A stretch of DNA of 64,000 nucleotides from Bacteroidales bacterium (GTDB lineage Bacteria > Bacteroidota > Bacteroidia > Bacteroidales > WCHB1-69). Positions within the stretch are counted from its first letter, which is position 1; each line of letters opens with the position of its first letter. The notes beneath the pieces were generated by a model. The model was not told the origin of the DNA and made no database searches. It saw nothing but the letters and a program-made list of their open reading frames with translations. A program made the position numbers and the translations under genes. The stretch covers positions 76,002-140,001 of the forward strand of contig JAFZZT010000050.1 in the NCBI GenBank assembly GCA_017615595.1. Reading direction: 5' to 3'. This document shows, piece after piece, positions 9,028 through 19,155 of this stretch.

Positions 9028-10093
9028 CACCACCTATCTGTTCTATCAGTCGAGTCGCGGCCATATAGGGAGAGACCTGTTTGTTGCGAATCATCGGCAA
9101 GAGACGCTCTATCTCTTCTTCCGTCCGGGATTGGTTATAGAAATTATTCTGCAAGGTGAACTGAATCCAGTTGTGGAAGATATTGATCAGCTGCTCGGAT
9201 CTGTTGCGCTCAAAGTAGCCATTGGCTTTGGTATGCTTCTCATAGCGGAGGATCATCTCCCACACCTTGTCTATGGCAAAATTCTCGAGGGCAGAGCACA
9301 CCTCCACGGGAACGGTCCACTGGCTGTCTGTCTGCGGAAACAGCTTCAGGGCTGCACGATATTGAGACTGAGCCTGTATGGCCTTGGGCTTATTGTCCCC
9401 ATCGGCTTTGTTGATAATCAGGGCATCGGCCATCTCCATGATGCCGCGCTTGATACCTTGCAGCTCATCTCCGGCGCCGGCCAACATCAGAAGCAGGAAG
9501 AAATCGACCATGGACTTGACCGCTGTCTCCGACTGGCCCACACCGACCGTCTCCACGATGATGACATCATAGCCGGCGGCTTCGCACAGAATGATGGACT
9601 CGCGGGTTTTGCGAGCCACACCACCCAGCGTGCTGCCCGAGGGCGAAGGACGGATAAAAGCTTTCGGATTCACCGAGAGCGACTCCATGCGGGTCTTGTC
9701 GCCCAGAATGCTCCCCTTGGTGCGCTCACTGCTGGGGTCTATGGCCAGCACCGCGACCTTATGGCCCTGCTCAGTCAAGAGTGTGCCGAAGGCCTCGATA
9801 AAAGTACTTTTGCCCACACCAGGCACACCTGTGATGCCAATGCGCAACGAATGACCCGAATGGGGCAGGCAACGCTCAATGATGGCCTGCGCCATCTCCA
9901 GATGATTCGGATTGGCACTCTCAATCATCGTGATGGCACGACTCAAGGTCACCCAGTCCCCTTCAAGAACCCCTTGCACATATTCGTCCAACGACAACTC
10001 ACGGCGTTTGTGTCGCACCAGATTCGGGTTCACAGACATGGGCTGATCAATCCCCGCACGCTCTTCTAACGCTGACTTAAACTCTTTGTCCAT
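9008..10093 (-). CDS. meaB: MeaB/ArgK-type G3E GTPase (methylmalonyl-CoA mutase-associated)
   Basis: GITGVPGVGKSTFIE P-loop and the INKAD motif. I start at ATG 10093; the track's 10096 is a GTG one codon upstream. Confidence 0.85.
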   Translation of the reverse strand: MDKEFKSALEERAGIDQPMSVNPNLVRHKRRELSLDEYVQGVLEGDWVTLSRAITMIESANPNHLEMAQAIIERCLPHSGHSLRIGITGVPGVGKSTFIEAFGTLLTEQGHKVAVLAIDPSSERTKGSILGDKTRMESLSVNPKAFIRPSPSGSTLGGVARKTRESIILCEAAGYDVIIVETVGVGQSETAVKSMVDFFLLLMLAGAGDELQGIKRGIMEMADALIINKADGDNKPKAIQAQSQYRAALKLFPQTDSQWTVPVEVCSALENFAIDKVWEMILRYEKHTKANGYFERNRSEQLINIFHNWIQFTLQNNFYNQSRTEEEIERLLPMIRNKQVSPYMAATRLIEQIGGVTGSKE

Positions 10094-10095
10094 CA

Positions 10096-12522
10096 CTAAA
10101 ATTGACCATTAAAATTATACAAAACCGCCTCTTTCATGGAGGAAAAATAATGGAACTGCATGCCGGCAATATAAAGCTCTTCGATCTCATCCACGTCTTT
10201 CTTGTTTTCCGCCGGCAAAACGATATGGTAAATGTTCTGACGTTTTGCCGCAAGGATCTTGTCCTTAATTCCTCCCACCGGCAGGATCTGTCCCCTCAGC
10301 GTTATCTCACCCGTCATAGCCACATCACTGCGAACCAGCTTCTTCGTGAAGGCGGAAATCAAGGCCGTCAGGATGGTGATACCAGCAGAGGGACCATCTT
10401 TGGGCGTAGCGCCCTCCGGGACATGGATGTGGACTTTGTTCTGCTCAAACTTCTTGGTATCGATACCGTATTCCAAAGCATGCGCCTTGAGGTATTCGTA
10501 GGCTATCGTTGCCGACTCCTTCATCACATCTCCCAGCTGACCCGTCATGGTCAGGCCCTCTTTGCCTGGACTGGTGATTGCCTCCACAAAGAGAATCTCA
10601 CCTCCCACGGATGTCCAAGCCAAGCCCGTGGCCACACCTGGAACATCATGGTCTATTTTCTTGTCCGACTGGAAAATGGGAGACCCCAACATATCCTTCA
10701 GATCAGACACTTCTATGGTCTTCTTCAGGTCGGGGGTTTTCTTCACCACCTCCACCGTATGCTTGCGTATCACTTTGGCAATAAACCGTTCCAGATTACG
10801 CACACCCGCCTCTCGGGTATAGGACTTGATAATCTCCAGAATAGTCGCCTCGGGAATCTGCAGCTGGCGCTTGTTCAAGCCATGTTCTTTCAACTGCTTG
10901 GGCACAAGGTGGTGCATGGCAATCTGAAGTTTTTCCTCTGTCACATAACCTGAAAGTTCAATGATCTCCATTCTGTCCAACAAGGCTGGATGAATACTGC
11001 TCAACGAATTGGCGGTAGCGATAAAGAGCACTTTGGACAGATCGAAGGACGTCTCCAAGTAGTTGTCATAGAAAGTGCTGTTCTGCTCAGGATCCATCAC
11101 CTCCAGCAAAGCCGCGGAAGGGTCGCCCTGCACGTTGGCGCCTATCACCTTGTCAATCTCATCCAACACAAACACCGGGTTGGCATAGCCCGCCTTGCGC
11201 AGATTCTGAACGATACGTCCCGGCATAGCCCCGATGTAGGTCTTGCGATGCCCTCTGATTTCAGACTCGTCACGTAGGCCGCCCAAGGAGATGCGAACAT
11301 ACTTGCGGCCGATGGCGTTGGCAATAGAGCGGCCGAGAGAGGTCTTGCCCACACCCGGAGGCCCGACCAGACACAGGATCGGCGCCCTCATGTCCTTACG
11401 CATCGACAGCACCGCCAGATGCTCCAAGATACGATCCTTCACCTTATACAATCCATAATGGTCCTTATCCAGAATCTTCCGGGCCTTCACCAGATTGAAG
11501 TTATCTTTGCTATACTCATTCCAGGGCAACTCTACAAAGAGTTCCAGATAATTGAGCTGAATGGCATAGTCGGGAGCCATCGTATTGGTACGCTGCAGCT
11601 TCTCCAACTCCTTATAGAAGATGTCGGAAGTCTCTTTACTCCACTTTTTCTTCTTGGCTCTTTCCAATAAGGATTGATAATCTTTCTCCATAGGGGAGCC
11701 GCCGAGCTCCTCCTGAATCGTCTTGATCTGCTGATTCAGGAAATACTCCCGCTGCTGCTTGTCCATCTCCCGTCTCGATTTATCCTGGATCTGATTCTTC
11801 AGTTCCACCATTTGGAGATCCCGATGCAGGTAGGACAACAGCTGGGTGGCACGGACCTGTATGTCAGGAGTCTCTAACAGTTTCTGTTTCTCATCAACAG
11901 AAATAGAAAGATTCGTTGCCAAAAAATTCAGCAGGAAGACATGACTTTCAATATTTTTCAAGGCGAAGGCTGCTTCGCGCGGCATATTGCCACTCACATG
12001 CACCATTCGGTTGGCCACATCCTTGATGGAAGACAGCAAAGCCTGGAAGTTTTTGTCGTTCAAGAGTTTTCTGTCAAAGTCATTGGACTCGAACGGTGTC
12101 ACCCGGCAGCGATAATAGGGCTCTGTCTGGGTCAGCTCCTCCACGTTAAAGCATTTGACACCTTGCACAATGATCGTCACGCCACCATCCGGCATGGAGA
12201 TATATTTAAGAATGTGAGCCAATGTGCCGACTCTGTACAGATCTTCTATCGTTGGTTCCTCCACGTTGTTGAAACGTTGGGCAATGACTCCTATGGGTTC
12301 ATTTTTATGAGCGTAATCCTGGGCCAGGCGTATGGATTTGGTACGACCTACGTTTATCGGTATCACCATGCCCGGGAAAAGCAACGTATTCCGCAACGGG
12401 AGCAAAGCAATGTCATCGGGCACTTGTTCGTCCCTCAACTTCACTTCATCCTCCAAAGAGAATAGCGGGATGAAATTCGCCTCACTGTTCATTATCTCAT
12501 CAAGTAAAGATATATCTTTCAT
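10096..12522 (-). CDS. lon: ATP-dependent Lon protease
   Basis: 808 aa. LON N-domain, AAA+ Walker [10 protein letters not shown], protease-domain motif PKDGPSAG. Confidence 0.95.
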   Translation of the reverse strand: MKDISLLDEIMNSEANFIPLFSLEDEVKLRDEQVPDDIALLPLRNTLLFPGMVIPINVGRTKSIRLAQDYAHKNEPIGVIAQRFNNVEEPTIEDLYRVGTLAHILKYISMPDGGVTIIVQGVKCFNVEELTQTEPYYRCRVTPFESNDFDRKLLNDKNFQALLSSIKDVANRMVHVSGNMPREAAFALKNIESHVFLLNFLATNLSISVDEKQKLLETPDIQVRATQLLSYLHRDLQMVELKNQIQDKSRREMDKQQREYFLNQQIKTIQEELGGSPMEKDYQSLLERAKKKKWSKETSDIFYKELEKLQRTNTMAPDYAIQLNYLELFVELPWNEYSKDNFNLVKARKILDKDHYGLYKVKDRILEHLAVLSMRKDMRAPILCLVGPPGVGKTSLGRSIANAIGRKYVRISLGGLRDESEIRGHRKTYIGAMPGRIVQNLRKAGYANPVFVLDEIDKVIGANVQGDPSAALLEVMDPEQNSTFYDNYLETSFDLSKVLFIATANSLSSIHPALLDRMEIIELSGYVTEEKLQIAMHHLVPKQLKEHGLNKRQLQIPEATILEIIKSYTREAGVRNLERFIAKVIRKHTVEVVKKTPDLKKTIEVSDLKDMLGSPIFQSDKKIDHDVPGVATGLAWTSVGGEILFVEAITSPGKEGLTMTGQLGDVMKESATIAYEYLKAHALEYGIDTKKFEQNKVHIHVPEGATPKDGPSAGITILTALISAFTKKLVRSDVAMTGEITLRGQILPVGGIKDKILAAKRQNIYHIVLPAENKKDVDEIEELYIAGMQFHYFSSMKEAVLYNFNGQF

Positions 12523-12537
12523 TATTTGAACTTTAGT

Positions 12538-12578
12538 AAAAAAAACTGACCTTTCTTCCTTATTAGAAAAAAGGTCAG
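12538..12578 (-). terminator. Rho-independent terminator after rpmE (9-bp stem CTGACCTTT/AAAGGTCAG followed by T8 on the minus strand)
   Basis: Hairpin arms at 12546-12554 and 12570-12578. The A-run 12538-12545 gives the U-tract on the minus strand. Confidence 0.7.
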
Positions 12579-12586
12579 CAAAGATA
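12579..12586 (-). promoter_or_regulatory. -7 box TATCTTTG for lon, directly abutting the rpmE terminator hairpin
   Basis: The minus strand reads TTTATATCTTTG immediately followed by the hairpin arm CTGACC. 57 nt upstream of the lon ATG. Confidence 0.45.
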
Positions 12587-12607
12587 TAAAAATCTTATGG
12601 ATTTCTT

Positions 12608-12874
12608 TTATTTCTTGCTAGCGTCCAAATGACGAGCATATTTGTTGCGGAATTTATCCACACGACCAGCAGTGTCAACCAGCTTCATCTTTCCAGTGAA
12701 GAAAGGATGAGAGGTGTTGGAAATCTCTAATTTCACCAACGGATATTCATTTCCGTCTTCCCATTGAATGGTATCTTTCGTGCTAACGGTAGACTTGGTC
12801 AGGAATGCATAATCATTTGACATGTCTTTGAAAACCACCGTTCTATACTCCTTAGGATGGATATCTTTTTTCAT
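12608..12874 (-). CDS. rpmE: 50S ribosomal protein L31, type B (no CxxC zinc motif)
   Basis: [17 protein letters not shown]...HPFFTG. I start at ATG 12874, because the track's upstream extension runs through the promoter. Confidence 0.9.
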   Translation of the reverse strand: MKKDIHPKEYRTVVFKDMSNDYAFLTKSTVSTKDTIQWEDGNEYPLVKLEISNTSHPFFTGKMKLVDTAGRVDKFRNKYARHLDASKK

Positions 12875-12912
12875 ATTCTTTTGATTTTTTATTTGCTTTG
12901 AAATTTGGACGG

Positions 12913-12920
12913 CAAAAATA
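12913..12920 (-). promoter_or_regulatory. -7 box TATTTTTG for rpmE
   Basis: The minus strand reads AAAAAAATGTATTTTTGCCGTCCAAATTT, about 40 nt upstream of the ATG. Confidence 0.6.
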
Positions 12921-12967
12921 CATTTTTTTCTCAATAAAAACATACCCGTTTACAAAAAAATATTTTA

Positions 12968-12975
12968 TACCTTTG
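12968..12975 (+). promoter_or_regulatory. -7 box TACCTTTG for the murF-alr fusion gene
   Basis: TAnnTTTG match 20 nt upstream of ATG 12995. Confidence 0.5.
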
Positions 12976-12994
12976 CAGCCTATATTTTTCGTGT

Positions 12995-15451
12995 ATGAAC
13001 ATCGTCCAAATCGCATCATTTATCAACCCTCTTCAAGCTGAAATCCGAGACTCTGAATCTGCCGTAACCCGTCTCTGCATTGACAGTCGAAAGGTATCCA
13101 CCACGGACGGTGTTCTCTTTTTCGCCATCAAGACAACGCACAACGACGGACACCGTTTCATCCCGGAATTGTATCAAAAAGGGGTGCGAAACTTCATCAT
13201 CACCGCCCCCGTTTCCGATTTTGCCGCATGGAAAGATGGCAATTTTCTGCAAGTTCATGACGCAATTGGCGCATTACAACTCATCGCCAGCAAGCATCGC
13301 CAGCAATTCACCTACCCCGTCATTGGCATCACAGGCAGCAACGGCAAGACGATTGTCAAAGAGTGGCTTAACATCATGATGGCCGCCGACCAGCACATCG
13401 TGCGCAGTCCCGACAGCTACAACTCCCAGATTGGCGTTCCTTTGTCGGTATGGCAAATGCGCCCGGAGCACACCCTCGGCATCTTCGAGGCTGGCATCTC
13501 CCAACCGGGAGAAATGACCGCCATCGCCCACATCATCCAACCCACCATCGGCATCCTGACCAACATAGGCATGGCACATTCCCAGTTTTTCTCCTCCATC
13601 GAAGAAAAACTGCAAGAAAAGCTGCGGCTGTTCACCCACGCAGAAAAAATCATCTTTAACAATGACAATCCTCTGATTCGAAAGGCGCTGGATCATGACA
13701 TATACTCCCACATTCAAAAGATTTCCTGGGGGTATCAAGATGCGGAATACCGGATCTCACATCAAGAACGGAGAGGCAATTCCACGCTGGTCTCCATCCG
13801 CGACTTTGAATATCGCATTCCTTTCGTGGATGCTGCTTCGATAGAGAATGCCATCCACGTCATCATCACCACGCTGGTGCTCGGCTACCGGCCCGAGGTC
13901 ATCAACGAGCGACTGTCGGCGCTGACGCCTATCCACATGCGCATGGCCATCCAAGAGGGACGCCAACACTCCCTCATCCTTGACGATGCCTACAGCTTAG
14001 ATTGGACCTCCCTCACCGTGGCCCTCAACTACCTCGACACCCAGACACAGATGCCCGACAAGGCGCTCATCATTTCCGATTTCGAACAAGCAGGTACTCT
14101 GCAGCAAGCTGACTACACGCGTCTTAATGATCTCTTGCTCGCGCATGACATCGGCAAACTCTTTGCAGTAGGCAAGGAGTTCTGCCAACACCAGCAAGCC
14201 TTCACCATCCCAGAAGCCTCTTTCTATCCAGACACGGAGACCCTCCTCGCCGACCTTGCCTCCTTCAACTTCGCATACCATGCCATCCTCATCAAAGGGG
14301 CGCGAAACTTCCATTTTGAGGATATCGTCCACCGCCTGCTGCACAAAACGCATCTGACCACCCTCAACGTCAACCTGCCCGCTCTCGTGCACAACCTCCA
14401 CTACTTCCGCTCGCTGACAAAGCCGGAGACTAAGATGGTGGCCATGGTCAAGGCATTGTCCTACGGCTTGGGAGACGCAGAGATCATCAACGAGCTGATC
14501 AACCAGAAAATCGATTACCTGGCGGTGGCCTACACCGATGAGGGCGTGCGCCTGCGCAAACGGCACATCAAGACTCCCATCATCGTGTTGGGCGCCGAGG
14601 CACACAGCTTTGAGTCCATGGTCTTGAATCAACTGGAACCGGAGATCTTCAACTTCTACTATCTGCAGGAGCTGATTGGCGTTCTCCAAGAACATCCCGG
14701 AATCTCCCAGTTCCCCATCCATATAAAACTGGACACCGGCATGCACCGTCTGGGCTTCGACAAAGAGGATCTTCCGCATCTGCTTCAGGTTCTGAAAGAG
14801 AACCCCTGTCTGCGCGTGGCCTCCGTCTTCTCCCATCTCGCCGCCGCTGACGACTCGGGGGAAGACGACTTCACCCGGCTCCAGATCCATCGTTTCCAAG
14901 AGATGTCGGACATCCTCCACCATGCGCTGCCCTACCCCATTCTCCGCCATATCCTCAACACGGCGGGCATAGTGCGCTTCCCAGAAGCACAGTTCGAGAT
15001 GGTCCGTCTGGGCATTGGCCTCTACGGCTTCTTTGACCAGCCCGAGGTGCAGGCCAACCTGCAGAATGTGGCCACACTGAAGACGCTCATCACACAGGTG
15101 AAGACCATTCCGGCGGGCGAGACCATTGGCTACAACCGCAGTTTCAAGGTGGAACACGACATGCAGGTGGCCATCATCCCCATCGGCTATGCAGACGGCT
15201 ATCCCCGCGAGTTCAGCAACGGCAAAGGACTCGTGATGGTGCGAGGGCATCTGGTACCCGTGGTGGGCAAGATATGCATGGACATGTGCATGCTTGACGT
15301 GACCGGTCTTGCCGTACACGAGGGCGACGAGGTCATCGTCTATGGCGAGGGCAACACCGCCCAAGACGCCGCACGCCGCATCGGGCACATCAGCTACGAC
15401 CTGCTAACCTCCCTCTCCAGCCGTGTTCCCAGAATCTATGTTAAAGAATAA
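12995..15451 (+). CDS. Bifunctional MurF-like UDP-MurNAc-tripeptide:D-Ala-D-Ala ligase / alanine racemase fusion
   Basis: N-terminal Mur ligase with GITGSNGKT. The C-terminal about 370 aa is alanine racemase, with the PLP-lysine region VAMVKALSYGLG and ...IGYADGYPR. This fusion is typical of Bacteroidota. Confidence 0.9.
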   Translation: MNIVQIASFINPLQAEIRDSESAVTRLCIDSRKVSTTDGVLFFAIKTTHNDGHRFIPELYQKGVRNFIITAPVSDFAAWKDGNFLQVHDAIGALQLIASKHRQQFTYPVIGITGSNGKTIVKEWLNIMMAADQHIVRSPDSYNSQIGVPLSVWQMRPEHTLGIFEAGISQPGEMTAIAHIIQPTIGILTNIGMAHSQFFSSIEEKLQEKLRLFTHAEKIIFNNDNPLIRKALDHDIYSHIQKISWGYQDAEYRISHQERRGNSTLVSIRDFEYRIPFVDAASIENAIHVIITTLVLGYRPEVINERLSALTPIHMRMAIQEGRQHSLILDDAYSLDWTSLTVALNYLDTQTQMPDKALIISDFEQAGTLQQADYTRLNDLLLAHDIGKLFAVGKEFCQHQQAFTIPEASFYPDTETLLADLASFNFAYHAILIKGARNFHFEDIVHRLLHKTHLTTLNVNLPALVHNLHYFRSLTKPETKMVAMVKALSYGLGDAEIINELINQKIDYLAVAYTDEGVRLRKRHIKTPIIVLGAEAHSFESMVLNQLEPEIFNFYYLQELIGVLQEHPGISQFPIHIKLDTGMHRLGFDKEDLPHLLQVLKENPCLRVASVFSHLAAADDSGEDDFTRLQIHRFQEMSDILHHALPYPILRHILNTAGIVRFPEAQFEMVRLGIGLYGFFDQPEVQANLQNVATLKTLITQVKTIPAGETIGYNRSFKVEHDMQVAIIPIGYADGYPREFSNGKGLVMVRGHLVPVVGKICMDMCMLDVTGLAVHEGDEVIVYGEGNTAQDAARRIGHISYDLLTSLSSRVPRIYVKE

Positions 15452-15459
15452 CCCTTGAT

Positions 15460-16425
15460 ATGAAAAATTTCGCCATTATAGGAGTCGGCGGCTTCGTGGC
15501 CCCGCGCCACCTGAAAGCCATCGCAGAGACAGGCAACCGCATGGTGGCCGGCTATGACAAGTCCGACAGCGTGGGCATCATCGACAACTTCTTTCCCGAT
15601 GCCTCCTTCTTCACCGAGATGGAGCTCTTCGACCGCCACTGCTCCAAACTCAAGAACACCGACCAGCAACTCGACATGGTCTCGGTCTGCACCCCCAACT
15701 ACCTCCACGACTCGCACACGCGCTACGCCCTGCGCCTAGGCACGGACGTCATCTGCGAGAAGCCGCTGGTCCTCAACCCCTGGAACATAGACGGGCTTGC
15801 CCAGGTAGAGAAGGAAACGGGACACCATATCTACAACATCCTCCAGCTGCGCCTGCACCCGGCCGTCATCGCACTCAAAAAGCAGATTGACGCCGGCGAC
15901 CCGCAAAAGGTCTATGACGTGGACCTCACCTACATCACCTCCCGCGGCTACTGGTTCTATGCATCCTGGAAAGGCGACGTGCACAAGAGCGGCGGCATCG
16001 CCACCAACATCGGCATCCACTTCTATGACATGCTCAGCTATATCTTCGGTCCTGTGGAGGAGAACATCGTCCATGTGGCTTCCCATGACCGCGTGGCCGG
16101 TTTCCTGCGGCTGAAGCGCGCCCGCGTGCGCTATTTCCTCAGCATCAACAGCGAAACACTGCCTGCCGACATAGCCCAGCAAGGACAACGCACGTTCCGC
16201 TCCATCACCATCGGCGATGAACAACTGGAATTCAGCCAAGGCTTCACGAACCTCCACACGGAAAGCTATCGGAAAATACTGGCCGGCGAGGGGTACGGCC
16301 TTGACGAGGTGCGCTCCTGCATCCAGACCGTCTATGACATCCGCAACGCCACGCCCATAGGCCTGAAGGGCGACTACCACCCATTGGCCAAACAGCCTAC
16401 CACCAACCATCCTTTCGGCTGGTAA
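15460..16425 (+). CDS. Gfo/Idh/MocA-family NAD-dependent oxidoreductase (WbpB-like sugar-nucleotide dehydrogenase type)
   Basis: N-terminal Rossmann motif FAIIGVGGFVAPRHLKA and the CEKP motif. Confidence 0.75.
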   Translation: MKNFAIIGVGGFVAPRHLKAIAETGNRMVAGYDKSDSVGIIDNFFPDASFFTEMELFDRHCSKLKNTDQQLDMVSVCTPNYLHDSHTRYALRLGTDVICEKPLVLNPWNIDGLAQVEKETGHHIYNILQLRLHPAVIALKKQIDAGDPQKVYDVDLTYITSRGYWFYASWKGDVHKSGGIATNIGIHFYDMLSYIFGPVEENIVHVASHDRVAGFLRLKRARVRYFLSINSETLPADIAQQGQRTFRSITIGDEQLEFSQGFTNLHTESYRKILAGEGYGLDEVRSCIQTVYDIRNATPIGLKGDYHPLAKQPTTNHPFGW

Positions 16426-16437
16426 ACAAATCTCGTC

Positions 16438-17508
16438 TTACCTCACACGCAGTCTCTGTCCCTCCTGTATCTGGTCGGGATTGCTGATGTTGTTGAGTTT
16501 CATCAGCTTGTCAACAGTCGTATGATGGTTGATGGCTATCCTGTACAAGCCATCTCCCTTCTTGACGACATAATACGCCTCCTCGGGCTCTGACGGCGCT
16601 GGGGTCGCTGCCGGGACAACGGGCTCCTCCACCGCTACCACCTTGACCGGTTTCTCTTCCTTGACAGGCTCCTCCTCGGTCTTTGGCTGCTCTTGCACAA
16701 CAGGTTTCGGAGCCGGAGCTGCTGCCTTGGGTGCTAAAGGAGATGAAGGATTCACACTATACTGGTCCAACGGCACCTCCACAAAATCACCCGACTGCAG
16801 AACCAGCGTGTTCTTTACCAAGTTTTCATACTCAAAATCGATTACCTGTTCAGGATCCAGGCATTCATTCATGAAACGGACCTCGAAATGGAGGATGTCG
16901 TCACTGACATGTCCACTCCTACCCGCCTGTCCAATCACATCGCCCGCTTTGACGACATGTCCCGGCTTCACGCAGATCTTGTCCAGATGGGCATATACTG
17001 TTTCAAGTCCATTGTAGTGGCGCACCACCACGGTCAACCCATAGTCACCATAATCGGCCACCATCCTAACCACTCCATCAAAACAGCTCTTGACCAACGA
17101 CTGGGCCGTCACCTTCAAGTCCACGCCAGGATGAAAATGCCCCTTCTTGGTCGGTCCATAACGCATGACAAGCTCGTCATACACGCAAGGCATCTCAAAG
17201 GGACTGTTTTCCGACTGAACCAGAATCAGCATCAGCCGGTCGTCAGCGAAAGGTATCTCCAGCCGGCGGCTGCGCAGATTATGCACATCCCAGTATTGGT
17301 CATACAAATCATAACAAGGAATCTGATAGACCTCTGAGACGGTGGGATATGTACTGACCCGCTGATGGTCCGGCGGCACCACCTGGGAGGCAGAGTCGCG
17401 GAGCGCGATATTCTGGGAGAAGACCGACACATCCAAGGTCTGGGCAGTCAAAGAGATTCCTGCGAGCAGAAAAAGAGAGAACCAAAGTATCCTATTTCTA
17501 AACATCAT
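16438..17508 (-). CDS. M23 family metallopeptidase with a C-terminal LysM domain
   Basis: HPGVD and LHFEV motifs. P/E/A/K-rich linker. LysM: [30 protein letters not shown]. Signal peptide present. Confidence 0.85.
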   Translation of the reverse strand: MMFRNRILWFSLFLLAGISLTAQTLDVSVFSQNIALRDSASQVVPPDHQRVSTYPTVSEVYQIPCYDLYDQYWDVHNLRSRRLEIPFADDRLMLILVQSENSPFEMPCVYDELVMRYGPTKKGHFHPGVDLKVTAQSLVKSCFDGVVRMVADYGDYGLTVVVRHYNGLETVYAHLDKICVKPGHVVKAGDVIGQAGRSGHVSDDILHFEVRFMNECLDPEQVIDFEYENLVKNTLVLQSGDFVEVPLDQYSVNPSSPLAPKAAAPAPKPVVQEQPKTEEEPVKEEKPVKVVAVEEPVVPAATPAPSEPEEAYYVVKKGDGLYRIAINHHTTVDKLMKLNNISNPDQIQEGQRLRVR

Positions 17509-17978
17509 TTCGATTTTTCTATGATCATTGTTGATGAAAAACCCTCCACAAAAGGCAGCACCACGACCTCGCCATTCCGCTTTTTAACGATGTCGCCGCC
17601 CACAATATTGTCTATAACATAGTCGCCGCCCTTGACGAGCACATCGGGTTGCACGGCGGCGATCAGATTATAGGGGGTGTCCTCCTCAAAGAGGCACACA
17701 TAATCGACCATCTCCAGAGCTGCCAGCACATAAGCGCGGGCATGCTCGGGATTCACGGGACGTCCTTCGCCCTTCAGGCGCCGCACGGAGGCGTCACTGT
17801 TGAGGCCCACCACCAGGATGTCGCCCAACTCCTTGGCCTGCGCCAGATAGTGGACATGTCCATAGTGGAGCACATCAAAACAGCCATTGGTGAAGACAAT
17901 CTTCCGCTGGTGCAGGCTTTCCTCCTGCTGCTCGAAGAAGTCCTTCGTCACTATCTTATGTTGTATCTTATCCATCAT
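17505..17978 (-). CDS. Cytidylyl/adenylyltransferase, RfaE domain II-like (D-glycero-beta-D-manno-heptose-1-P adenylyltransferase family)
   Basis: [17 protein letters not shown] nucleotidyltransferase motif. 157 aa. Confidence 0.8.
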   Translation of the reverse strand: MMDKIQHKIVTKDFFEQQEESLHQRKIVFTNGCFDVLHYGHVHYLAQAKELGDILVVGLNSDASVRRLKGEGRPVNPEHARAYVLAALEMVDYVCLFEEDTPYNLIAAVQPDVLVKGGDYVIDNIVGGDIVKKRNGEVVVLPFVEGFSSTMIIEKSK

Positions 17979-17987
17979 ATCTATTCC

Positions 17988-19073
17988 TCAATTTTCTGTC
18001 AAAACCATAGAATCTCTTTTGCGGGTGAAAGATGCCAGCACCAGAGAGACGAAACCACCGGCCAGCGACACCACGGTCTGCAGGATCCAGCCCACCCATC
18101 CGGCAGCCAGACCGCTGGTGTAGTCAACGCCATAGAGCATCAGCACGCCCGCCACGATCAACGGGTAGGCTCCGATGCCGCCCTGCGCCACCATAAAGGC
18201 TATCGTGCCGAATATCAGCACCGAATAGCCTGCGGACGGACTCACATCAGTCAAACAGGGCATGGCAAAGAAGAAGGTGTATGTCCCAAAGAAATAGGCT
18301 ACCCACATCATCACCGTCCAGAACCAATACCGCCAAGGTCTCTGCACATCCTTGATGGAGATGAAGCCCTGCCATAACCCCTGACAGAAGTGCCAGATCT
18401 TGAGGAAGAACTTGTTCTTCTTCCACCAGTTCCGGGTCATCCACAGCACCAGCGCCAGCAACAAGGCAACACCCAACAACATCAGCAGCAGATGGTTGCC
18501 CAGCAACGAAAGACCTTTGGCCTCCATCCATTGGCGGACAGTAAGGCCGGCATCGGCATCCACTACCAGGTTGTTCAGCAAGTCCGTGTTGATCATGATG
18601 GCAATCACCAGCATCACGAGCCAGAAGACAATATCCACGGCCCGCTCTGTGATGACGGTCCCCAAAGATTTTTGGAACGGAACCTTCTCGTAGCGTTGCA
18701 GGAACGTGCATCTCAACACCTCGCCGAGACGTGGCAAAGCCAGGTTGGCCATAAAGCAGACCATCACGGAATAGAACATCATGGAGGTTCGGACCTCGTA
18801 ATGCAGCGGCTGGAGCAAGATCTTGCCTCTCAAAGCCCGGAAATAATCGGCCAACAAGGCAAAGAATGCTGCCAATCCCAGCATGAGCCATCCCTTCAGC
18901 GTGTTCACTGAGCCGATGACCGTCATGATGGTTCTCCGGTCCTCCGCATTCAGATGGCGCAAGGACAGCCAGACAAAAAAGAAGCCCAACCCCACGAACA
19001 AGATGAGTTGAGGTATCCTTTTATACCATTTGCGGACATCCGATGTGCTTTCCGTTGGTTCTACATCATGCAT
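17988..19073 (-). CDS. Polytopic membrane protein, lysylphosphatidylglycerol-synthase TM-region/UPF0104 (flippase-like) family
   Basis: About 8 hydrophobic segments. I start at ATG 19073 (MHDVEPTES...). The track's extension to 19379 crosses the divergent promoter region and the ABC gene start. Confidence 0.5.
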   Translation of the reverse strand: MHDVEPTESTSDVRKWYKRIPQLILFVGLGFFFVWLSLRHLNAEDRRTIMTVIGSVNTLKGWLMLGLAAFFALLADYFRALRGKILLQPLHYEVRTSMMFYSVMVCFMANLALPRLGEVLRCTFLQRYEKVPFQKSLGTVITERAVDIVFWLVMLVIAIMINTDLLNNLVVDADAGLTVRQWMEAKGLSLLGNHLLLMLLGVALLLALVLWMTRNWWKKNKFFLKIWHFCQGLWQGFISIKDVQRPWRYWFWTVMMWVAYFFGTYTFFFAMPCLTDVSPSAGYSVLIFGTIAFMVAQGGIGAYPLIVAGVLMLYGVDYTSGLAAGWVGWILQTVVSLAGGFVSLVLASFTRKRDSMVLTEN

Positions 19074-19155
19074 AGCGGCTGCAAAAATACAATTTATTAT
19101 ATTTGGGGAAAGGACATTTTTTTTATTTTTGCGGTTTGTTTGAAAAATTGATAAC

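Noticed and set aside
9131-10069. 312-aa plus-strand ORF opposite meaB
   Set aside because: The minus-strand frame carries the MeaB P-loop and G-motifs. The plus-strand product is featureless.
13997-15388. 463-aa ORF antisense to the alanine racemase half of the MurF-Alr gene
   Set aside because: The sense strand encodes an unmistakable Alr domain. The antisense translation is low-complexity (V/G/H/D/E-rich) with no motifs. This is a typical shadow ORF in GC-rich coding sequence.
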